64,000 bases of DNA from Lama glama (Eukaryota): contig CM052818.1 of assembly GCA_028534125.1 (NCBI GenBank), forward strand, positions 24,182,001-24,246,000, in the 5' to 3' direction. Position 1 is the first letter of the stretch, and the number at the start of each line of letters is the position of its first letter. Both the position numbers and the translations under genes were made by a program. Shown one piece after another: positions 53,641-64,000 of this stretch. A model generated the notes under the pieces. It was not told where the DNA came from, made no database searches, and saw only the letters and a program-made list of their open reading frames with translations.

Positions 53641-56600
53641 AATTCCATAGCCTCCTCTGTACATGCAGGTTAATTAAATTTATGTTGACATATTGTTTAA
53701 CAATAAACTACAGGAAAAAGATGATAGTGCCTTGGCTTTCTTGACTAGAGGCATTAAAAGCAGTATTAATAGAATTCATATTCACCACAACCATTTGGAG
53801 CAATGTTTCGCAAACCAAAACAACTTTAAAGTTAACGTCAATGCGCCAAGTTTATACTGTCACCCTTAAAAAGAAGTAATTTATGTCTGTAATGCATGTA
53901 TCTCCATAAACTGTTTCTTTTTTAAGACCATGTGAAACAGCACTAAAAAAAGCTGCAGTTGCCATACCACCTTTGACATGCCATAGCATGAGGATAATTA
54001 ATATTGCATATAAATACAATCTCAAAATATTGGGTTGTGAGCTCACTGCTTAATTGCTCTGAAAATGATAGGGTATGTTTCCTTGAGGCTAAACCACTGA
54101 GAATTTTTTTTAATTGCCCTTTAATAGAAATCATACTGTATTTTTAGTCTAGAGAAAACAATCTGTGGGAACCACCTTCTCCCACCCATGCCTTGGCAGT
54201 GGGAACGAGTATCCCAGATCAAGACTATTTACTGATCCCCATGGCAACGAAGTGCTTTATCTTGCATAAATCCTCATATCATAAGGACCCAATGGTTCTC
54301 TTAACATGGCATCTCAACCCTAAAATAACAATCTTGATGTGAAATATAACTGTTTTAAACAGAGCAAGTTTTTATAAAATGTTGCTGTAATACTAGAAAG
54401 TCGTAAGTAGCCCCTTGCACCAGCTTTTCATTTTGGAATAAATCCTCTACCATTTCTGAGTAAAGACGCCGGAACTTTCAAAGGAGTTAAAAGTTGTGCC
54501 TTTTAATCTGTTCCTTGGCAGAGCACTAAATGGAGTATAGCGATGTTGGGGCCAGGGAATTGAATGATGTCCTACCTACATGTAGCAAAACTCCATGGAG
54601 ATGTGGCCCAGGGTCACGGGTTTCCTAGGTGCAGGGTTCCTTACCCTCGTGTTCTCCAGGCTGGCAACAAGAAACGTAATCCCTAAAAGCTTCATCCACA
54701 GTGAGTCCTGATCACTTTACAGGGTGCTGGATGTGTTAGAGCATACTGGCTGAAATTTCAAACAACACAAGAAGATTGAGTTGTACCCAGAGCTTGCTCT
54801 AGGGTCCTCCGTGGGAAAATGAGGTATGAATACCAGCTAGTGGTATTTTATCTCATGGTCAGACCTGACACGTCTCAAGCCTACAGGATCACACATGCAT
54901 TTTAACACGATAAGTGTTCCACAGATCATACTTTCGTACGACTACATTATGAGTTTTGTTTGAGAGAGTGTAGCTGGTGGTACAGATGTTCCCTTTCCCT
55001 GTGACAGCTTCCCCTTCAATATTTCAAATGCATTAACACTCAGCAGGTGAAACTCAAATACTTTTTTTTTATCCTTCAGAACCATTCTTTAAGATTGCAA
55101 ATGATTTTTAAACCAAGGTCGAATAAGCTGCAACCAGATGTGTCATTCATTGATTTTTTTTTTTTGGGGGGGGAGAGATTTAACTTTTCTAAGCATTGTA
55201 ACATCCTCTTTGGGTTAATGAAAGCATTGGGAGTCAATGCTCTCTGTTCTCTCCTGAAGGCCTATTGTTCTTTCTCATTTTTCAAGTGTTTCATGAACAA
55301 ATAAAAGAACTTGGCATTGTTGTTAAGAGAAGGGTTTCAATTCTCTGGACCCCCTGATTGTGCTCTGAATCATTTGCCTCTGCCTTTTGCATTCTAAAGG
55401 CAACTAGATGAAAAAGAGTGTTGTACATTTCAGCATAATCAGAACAATTCCCCAACAAGTGTAGTCTGCCCAGACTCCAGCTTGCCTCCCCAGGTTCTAA
55501 AATAATTGCCTTTTTTTTTCCCAACTGAAATTGTCTAGTGAGAGTGCTGGTTGGGAAGAACTGGGTGAAGAAAGCCAATGACTTTAAATCTCATCAAAGT
55601 CAAGAATTTCATCTTATTCATATTCGTATTCCATGTGGTAACTGGCCCAATCAGTGCTTTACATAATTATAGGGAAAAAAAAAAACGAAAGGAAAGATTT
55701 CTGAATCATCAAACGGTCTTTTTTGTAACATGAATAGGAGGAGGGTGTTTTTTTTTTTATTATATTGATAAGGAAATCCTAAAACAAAGCACAAAGTGTA
55801 AGTTTGGGGAAAACTGCTTACGTAGGTAAGTGTCCATCTGTCTTTCTGTGTCTGTGATATGTGTGATATCTGAAGTACGACTGTAAAATAATGAGGCTTA
55901 AAAAACCACATATTTTGGACAATATATTGTGTTGCAGTGAAGTTCAATTAAATAAGGTATGCTAAAGTGCTCTGCCAACTCTTCAAGGGGTATCCAAATA
56001 TAAATGTTGTAATTTTAGGCTGTTCAACAATAAATATTTATTCAGCAGTTCCTATGGTCTATACCAGTAAAATAATAACATTGGTAGAGACAAGGAAGAA
56101 TAGAATGATTTTGCTCAAAGCTGCACAACTGCAGAAAAGGGAGAAAAATTAATATAAACATTGAAGGCAGACTGCAGAGGCAAAGCATATTAAATGATTT
56201 AATGATGAAGTATTCACACCTGTCCAATATACAATTTGGCTCTGAAATATATTGTTTCTTTTATCTGAAAGAGCCATCTGTACCATTATAATTTCAAATC
56301 ATGACAGTTCAGAAGCTGTCATTAAGAATAAGAATAAACTGAAGAACTTTCTTCCTCCTCTGCAGACAACACTGCAACCTACGGATGCAGTGTGAATGTG
56401 GCAGCAGAAAAAGACAGAGAACAAGATGGATTCATGATACCTTCATACCTGGAGTCACTGCTGACTATGTTTGCACTTATTCTCAGCTGCCATCACTCAG
56501 TCTCACAGCTGGACAACACCTCTCATTCAAAATAACCCTTCAGTTCTTGATTACTTCGTATTAGGTCGCTGCCATTTCCAGCTGTCTCTCGATCAGAATA

Positions 56601-57338
56601 CATGGCTTTAAGATTTGCCTCTTTATATCCCTGAGGTAAATGCACAAGCAGGGGGATGCTTTGAAACAGCTTATTACACTTCCCAGTGATATTTGACTCT
56701 GTTAACAAGTCAAAAACAAATCACAGTGACTAACGCTGTTATCAAAGAGCTGTAGTTTCTGTTTTCCTGTATTTGTGGATAAGAAATCTGTTGAGTTTTT
56801 GGTCCAGAGATTCTCTCCCTCTACTGTCCTTAAAATTTTACATGCAGGCTGAAAAGACTGAAGAAAAGCAGAGTGATTGATTGAACTTGATTAATTCAGA
56901 AAGCAGTCTCATTAAAGTACCCTGTAGATAGTTCTAAACTATCTTAAGTCAGACAAGCTCTCATTTGGAAAAATACACATCTTCATGTAATGTCTGTCCA
57001 TTTTGCTAAACATTCACCTGTGCCTTTTTCCTGTGTTAATAGAATAGCTTAGACAACATAAACAGTAATTTATGGACTTAGATGGTTGTAATGAGGCTCC
57101 AGACATGGTTAGTTCCTAAGAAATGTTTAGTAACATGCAATTTTTTGCAAAGGCTCTTGATTTTTATTTGGAGTCAATGGCCCAGTGTGTTTTGAGAAAT
57201 GTTTCCCTGTCTTTTCAGCCTCATCATCACCACTCAGTTCCCCCAAGTTAGTACCAGCCTTACTGGCCTTACTCAGTCTGGTTCCAACTAGCTTGACAGG
57301 ACACCTGCTCATTCATCAGTGCCTTTAAGTCACCTTCT

Positions 57339-57838
57339 NNNNNNNNNNNNNNNNNNNNNNNNNNNNNNNNNNNNNNNNNNNNNNNNNNNNNNNNNNNNNN
57401 NNNNNNNNNNNNNNNNNNNNNNNNNNNNNNNNNNNNNNNNNNNNNNNNNNNNNNNNNNNNNNNNNNNNNNNNNNNNNNNNNNNNNNNNNNNNNNNNNNNN
57501 NNNNNNNNNNNNNNNNNNNNNNNNNNNNNNNNNNNNNNNNNNNNNNNNNNNNNNNNNNNNNNNNNNNNNNNNNNNNNNNNNNNNNNNNNNNNNNNNNNNN
57601 NNNNNNNNNNNNNNNNNNNNNNNNNNNNNNNNNNNNNNNNNNNNNNNNNNNNNNNNNNNNNNNNNNNNNNNNNNNNNNNNNNNNNNNNNNNNNNNNNNNN
57701 NNNNNNNNNNNNNNNNNNNNNNNNNNNNNNNNNNNNNNNNNNNNNNNNNNNNNNNNNNNNNNNNNNNNNNNNNNNNNNNNNNNNNNNNNNNNNNNNNNNN
57801 NNNNNNNNNNNNNNNNNNNNNNNNNNNNNNNNNNNNNN
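57339..57838. other. Assembly gap (500 N)
   Basis: Run of N. Confidence 1.
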
Positions 57839-57925
57839 TTTTTTTTTACTTTTAACTCCTTTATTGTGGTATGATCCCTGTACAGTAAACTACACATATT
57901 TCAGATGTACAATTTGATGAATTTT
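57839..57925 (-). mobile_element. Old L1 extreme 3' end, antisense
   Basis: 'tttaactcctttattgtggtatga...tacagtaaactacacatatttcagatgtacaatttgatgaatttt'. Confidence 0.65.
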
Positions 57926-58713
57926 GTATTTTCATCAAATCTTATCAAGGAGGAAAATAAGATCTTATAAAAAGCAGCAACTTTAACAGTGCCCTAACTC
58001 TTCCATTTAATGTACCCAAAACCAAAATCCTGAGCCTGCCACTTGATACACTTTGGGTTTCCACTGTCCCCTTCAATCACCCCGAGAATCAGCCGAAGTG
58101 GACCTCTCACAATTAGCCAAACAGATTCTGTACCATGTTGCTTCCCGGCTTTCACCCCAGCACTTCTGTCCACCTGGGATTCCTGCCTTCTCACTTACCA
58201 TTTATTCCCTCAGGAACTCAGGACACATGTACTTGGTACTTGATCTGTGCCAGGATTGGTGCTTGTCTCAATCCCATCCCTGCTTCAAGAGTCAAGAGTC
58301 CAATTCAAAGCCAGGCAATTAGTGCTTTTGCACAGAGATTGTTAAAACCTAGGAGTCCTCAAACTTGCCATAAATATGTCTGTTTTGTATCCTTCTCTCT
58401 TTTTTCTTTTATGGAAATGTTGAAACCTAAATGAAGTAGAGAAGATATTATAATGAGGTGTTTGTTCACAGCCTGAGAAGTGTTTTCCTGTTGATAACCT
58501 GCAACAACCATCATCTGGCTCATCTTGTGTTGTCTGTCCCTCTCTTGTTCCTCCGGAATATTTTAAGTGAATCAGTTCCATTTCAAAATCCCAAAATGAG
58601 TTACGCCTGTATGCCTCAAATTTCTTTTTTCTTCATTTTCCTAGCAAGAGACTCTACAAGAAGTTTAATATGATTTTGAAAAAGTTAGCCAATGGGAAAA
58701 TGTTATTTGGAAG

Positions 58714-58716
<3 letters not shown>

Positions 58717-58749
<33 letters not shown>
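58717..58749 (+). repeat. (TG)n microsatellite, about 16 units
   Basis: Direct reading. Confidence 0.95.
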
Positions 58750-58751
<2 letters not shown>

Positions 58752-61702
58752 TAACCTCTTATTCCACGAGTAACAACAAATTGAAAAAAAGAGAGAGAAA
58801 TTTAAAACCTGAAAAGCTAGATTTCAAAGGCACTGGAACTTCCCAGGGGCATATCTCTCACCTCTCTCTACTATACAGAGTAGGATTTGTCCCCCTCTAC
58901 GTCCCACCCCCACCACTTAAAATCTAGGTCACAGTTACGTGTCATTTAGTACCCTGACAGTTAACAAATGTAGTTGTTCATATTCTATTCAGGTTTATAT
59001 TATTTAACATTAAAAAAATGCTTCCTAAATCTCAAACCATATGCTAGATGGTAGCTTAGTAAGAAGTGCCACAATTATCCCAAATGAGAAGCTGCTCATG
59101 TAGGAACCTGTTCTCTCCTTCTCTCCTAGAGATGCTGATGACTTTGACCTACCGCTGCTACCTCATCCTTGAAGATAAACAATCCAGTGTTAACAAGGTA
59201 AAGAAGAGTCCCAGGTAAAGTACAGCATGTACTTATTCATCCCCCTACAACATTATCTGCCGTTCAGCCATTCGTTCCCCAACATTTTTTCAGGTCTCAG
59301 ACATATCACTAAACTCTTTAGGGATGAAACCCCTGCTAAGGAACAAAAACCATGTCTGTTTTTGTAAAGCTCTGGACACCCACATCCTAACAGCTCTGTG
59401 TGGGAATCAGGTAAAAATTGGTTGTTCTCTAAACGTCTGGAGAGTAAAAATGCCAATCTGAATATGTATTTGCAAAAAGGCATAGTGGCAGGATGGTGGG
59501 GTGGGAAACGGGCCTGGCTGGAAGGCTCTCTATATGTGTATTTTTATCATCCATGTGTTGGATGAAGCGGAGAGCTGCCAGATAGCTCCTTTTCGACAGC
59601 TTGGAGTTACTGTTGGGAACAGATCCATGTATGGAAGCGAAAGCCGAAAGGCACAGATAAGCCGAGATCCAGCTATGCAAACCATGTTTAGAGACACTTA
59701 AAGGACAAGCATCCCAGGTCCTTTCCTTCTGGTAAACTTGGAGAAGCCATCACCCTGGGGTCTTTTTTCGCATCCAGCCCATGCGGATTCACCAGCCCAG
59801 CTCCACAGAGGTAGGTGCGGGGCTTTGGGGATGAAGCGTATCTAAAGGACCACTCGGGAACATTCCCTCCCAGGCTCTTCACAAGGGAAGCTGACAAATA
59901 ATATTTTGAAAAAGAAGAAAGATTTGGTTTGGGGCTGGTGACTGAGAGGTATTTAACAGCCCTGACTACACAAGACAGGGCAGCTTGGTTACAGAGGGAA
60001 CGTGGCTGCACAGATTTGCTGCCAAATACAATACCTTTGTCCCGGGTCACTTACTGTTCAGGTTTTTGTGGCTGTGAATCTCCCTCAGTATTGCCAGCAC
60101 CTTTGAAATGGGCCCCAGCTTCCCGTGGGCTCTGATACTGTGTATTTCAGGGGAGGGAGGGAGGATTTGCCCTTTTCCTTGCTTGTCCTGAAACCAGCAT
60201 AAACTCACATGTATGGCTAGTTCCTCCTTAGATATAGGAAGAGCTGCCTGTAAAGGACGTTATTATTTTTGGCAGCTGAAGTCATTTTTGCAGTGTTTCT
60301 CAGCAGATCGGAGGTTGATTACATCCTGTTCAAAGATTCTTGGGCTGTTTTCACAAACGTGGGGTCTTGCGCAAGTTGAAACTGCTGAAACCAGCTGTTA
60401 GGCACTGGGTTTTTCTCCGTCCCTTTAGCATTTTTCCTTCTTTCTTTTTTGTTAATGACTGAAAAGCAAGGAGCTTGAGGGAAAAGCTATGTGATTGTAG
60501 CTTTGCCATCAGTGATGTTTGGGGAATGGTGGATTGTGGCAGAATCACAGAAGCTAGATGTCTCTGGGGTCCACAGTGAAAGTATGAACAGGAAGACAAG
60601 AACCATGTCAGAATCTTCTGTGACTCCAGTCTAGTTTCCAGAATACTGGCTAACCCAGCCGAAGCATAGCACTTACATGTTGAAACGCTACGCCAGCTAA
60701 TTACCAAATTGTAATCATTAGATCACGAAAGCAGTTCTTTTAAAATTGTTAACCAAAAAAAAAAAAAGTGTTAGCAAAATCTATGAACTTCTGCAAAACA
60801 CGGAAGTCAAGGGAAAAAATTACAGGTCATATCTAGAAAATGTGTGTGTTTTCAAGACTGAATTAAAAGAACTTTTACACAAGATAATGGAATTTAAATT
60901 TAAAATTTCTCTTGTTGAGAATAATATATCCGTATTTCAAGTAAGCTTTGAACCAACTCTTCATTTAACTGTTTTTCACCTTAGGATAGAACATGAGTGG
61001 GGGAAAAAAAAAAAGAAAGAAAAGTTGAATGTGATTTTTTTCCTTCTCTGATGACAAAACATGACATGGGAAAAGATGAATAAACAAGTGTAAGAATATA
61101 AGGAAATAGTTTGTAATGCTGACCAAGGAGATGTTCTTTGGATAAATCAGACAGCCAGGAAAGGGACATAGGTGAGGTGACTAGTTATGTGGTTGCTTCT
61201 TTCAAGTTGTGAATGTACTATAATACCAAAAAAAAAAAAAAAAAAGAGAGAGAGAGAGAGAAAACTTGGTTCTATTTCATAAGAATACATTATCATTATT
61301 AAAATAATCCTAATTCAAAAATATAATGTTTTTACTGAATTACCCCTTCTCATGTCTAGTCTATTTACACTGACAGTGTATTAAATTAACAACACATTCA
61401 AACTCACCCTTTCCACATTTCTAAAATAGGCTATTTTACTTTATTTAAAAATACAAATATTCTGTATCTGCAGGAGAGAGGAGGAGAGAGAGAGAGAGAA
61501 TAAACTACGCCTTCTTTTTTTGAACTAACCAAGCTAACTAAGCTGTCATAACTTTAGCTAAAGTGGAACAGGCCTACCAAAGGATGGTTTTAAAATACTT
61601 AAACACTACATACCAGCCAGCTTCCAAAAGGAACAGCACAGCAGGAGTTTTGGGCAATTTTCAATACATAAAAAGTTATTAGAAATCATGTCACTAGTAT
61701 CA

Positions 61703-61791
61703 GTGATCAGATGCAATGCGTATATGTGATCTATGTGATCAGATGCAATGCGAATATGAGATCTATGTGATCAGATGCAACAAGTATATGA
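61703..61791 (+). repeat. 32-bp tandem repeat, about 2.7 copies
   Basis: Unit gtgatcagatgcaatgcg(t/a)atatg(t/a)gatctat starting at 61703, 61735 and 61767 (third copy partial). Confidence 0.9.
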
Positions 61792-62900
61792 CATCATCTA
61801 CTGTTTTCTCATTTGCTTTCTGCCAAGTACATTTCCAGTGCGTGCCCTTCGTGAGAAATGTCTGTTCCTTTTCCTGCTTTTCTTTAGCAAATAAATTCAA
61901 GAAGGGTAATATAAGTAATAAAGAATGACTTGCTGCTATTTTTATATATAATATGTCATCCATGAGGGGAAAATATGACAGTCAAGCTACTTGCCCTTTT
62001 GACTTATGACTTCTTAAGCATTCACTGATGACTGTGCATGTAGAAAATCTTGTGATTATATTTTGAGAAGAGAATTGGAAGTGTTGGCAGTTTTGGTGTG
62101 AAAAAAAATGACTGAATTGCTTTCTGCTATAGTTAGCTGGTGGAGAAGCAAACTCATGGTGGCCGAGAATGATAGAAAAGTTGAACTTTGTTCTAGAGCA
62201 TAGAGCGCAGATTTGAGGCTTCTGTTTACATGACAGAAGGGCCAGACTAGTTGGCTCCTTGAGCTACAATGAGCAGGAGGAACAGATTTTTTAGGGGTTT
62301 TGATGGGGAACAAGACCCTTGAACGTTGGGGGAAAATTAGTGTAAAAGTAAGAGAGAGATTTACTTCTCTAGAGACGTGAAAATCTGTGGCCCACAGGAA
62401 AGGTCTTTACGTTTCAAGGAAATGATAATGATGGTTACTCTTAAAAAAAATTCCCCTGGGAGCTTCAGGTCAAATAAAATTTTCTGCTGTGATTAAAAAC
62501 TGTGGACATTGAGTGGTCCCAGGCAAACTACTGAAGATTTCAAGAGCTCTGAAAATGACAGAAGGCGTGAGACTAGCAGACGGTACTGGGGAGGAGTCTG
62601 AAGGCCAGAGAGGCTGTAAATTCTCTCCAAGGTCAGTGAATGGAAAGCAAAGGACTCCAGATCACCTGGGTTTCTGATCAGAACTGATCTGTCCATGCTA
62701 CACCTCTTTCAATTTCTTAAAGTTACGTGGTATTTTCAAGTGTCATGGCAAGATTCCAGAAGAAATTTCCATGTTGGAGAATTGCTAAAGTCATTTTAAG
62801 TTCTGTAAAGCCATGAAAGGGGAACAAATCCCCATGGCACTTAGTCTGCTGAGGACAAAATGGCCTTTCCTATTCCGCTGACCTTGTCCCATGAGTTGAG

Positions 62901-63063
62901 CCACGGTTCTCAACCCTAACGGCACATTTTAATCATTTAGGATGGGTGGTGTCCACTATACCCTTGATGAGCTAAATTTGCTCCTCGGGTCCAAGCAAAG
63001 GTAGTTTATTTTTTAAGTCTACCCTATGAAATTTTAATGTGCAGCCAGGATTGAGAACCACTT
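62901..63063. mobile_element. MER5-like MITE
   Basis: Inverted ends 'cacggttctcaaccct' and 'aggattgagaaccact'. Confidence 0.7.
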
Positions 63064-63795
63064 CCTTTTTACAATAAAAAAAAAATGATAACCAAATCCA
63101 ATTTATTGCAATGGGGGCAGTTAACAGAGCCACACTGAAGATAAAAAATGTGTTCTTTCCCAGAAAGGTGATTTCTTTGGAAGTTTTATTGCTGTAATCT
63201 TTGCTGACAGAGAGTTCCTATTTAAAGGTTTCAGAATACTTAAAAAAAAGTTTTCTCCATAATAAAATACTGATATAGATCTGTTCAGTATCTCTCATAC
63301 TCCCTAGCCTGAAACCTATGTGAATACTAGCCACCATTATTGAAAGGTAAAACATATATATATGTATATGTGACATGAATTCTTAACTACAGCTGCTAAG
63401 TGAAATTTTATATTGTCTTAGCAAATTATCCAACAGTTGTCTTGAAAGGGCATATTAATTCTGGATAGCAACAGTTTTATTAAGGATTAGGCCAATCATT
63501 GCCTTTTTTTGCTTTTTGCCTTTCTAAATGTCAAGAACTTTGGAAAGAGGGTGTGTGACTTTATGCAGGAGACATATTAATTTGTCATTTATCAAAGTAC
63601 ATGACTGAGAAACTAATGTTAGCCCCAAAACTAAGAGGCTAAGTCGGGACACAAAAGACTCCTTCCATTTAAGTGGAACATGAAGACTCAGAGCTCTGTA
63701 AAAAAGACCCTGGGCTGATCGCAGGTAGAGATATAATAAATAATTCCTTTAGATGTCAGCTCATGGTAAAAAAGACTATTCAAGAAAGCGGGCTG

Positions 63796-64000
63796 GAGCA
63801 GTGATTAGAATCATGACTGCTGAGATTGGTTGAAGTCAGACAGCCTGAGTTTCACTCTGGCTCTTCAATGTATTGATGGCTCTGTGACTTTGGACAAGTA
63901 ACGTCATCTTTGTAAGCCTCTACTTCCTTCTCCGTAAATTGCAGACAGTGATAATCACGTTAAAGGAATTAAGTGGCAAAGTGCCAATAGTTTAGCATGA
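63796..64000 (+). mobile_element. MIR SINE
   Basis: 'gaagtcagacagcctgagtttcactctggctct...ctgtgactttggacaagtaac...agcctctacttccttctccgtaaa'. Confidence 0.75.

Noticed and set aside
57319..57897. Long ORFs of 178-190 aa
   Set aside because: Artefacts of translating through the 500-N gap
61703..61791. CRISPR-like 32-bp repeats
   Set aside because: Head-to-tail copies without spacers, no cas genes, mammalian DNA

Overview
AT-rich mammalian non-coding DNA, most likely camelid (alpaca, llama or camel). The lineage is inferred from two tRNA-Ala-derived Vic-1-like SINEs, cetartiodactyl-type L1 3' ends, and no recognisable Alu, B1, PRE-1 or Bov SINEs. I cannot support any intact host protein-coding gene. 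The supplied ORFs are chance ORFs, transposon remnants or read-throughs of two 500-N gaps (14260-14759, 57339-57838). The window is mainly a layered fossil record of mobile DNA. It holds a young 5'-intact but internally deleted L1 (11148-~15300), an ancient 5'-intact L1 with a younger L1 fragment nested in ORF1, a two-LTR internally deleted class I ERV with an Ile-like PBS, a decayed hAT (Blackjack-like) transposase, MITEs (MER53, MER33, MER44, Tigger1-derived, MER5-like), MaLR/ERVL LTRs, MIR, L2 and microsatellites. The best second-look items are an apparent L1 3' transduction (50488-50543), the ORF1-ORF2 fusion deletion in the young L1, prematurely polyadenylated L1 inserts, the minimal ERV and a repeat-poor block at 51.6-63.7 kb with a candidate exon. 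I found no convincing previously undescribed biological system. Repeat subfamily names come from recalled consensus sequences and need RepeatMasker/Dfam confirmation.
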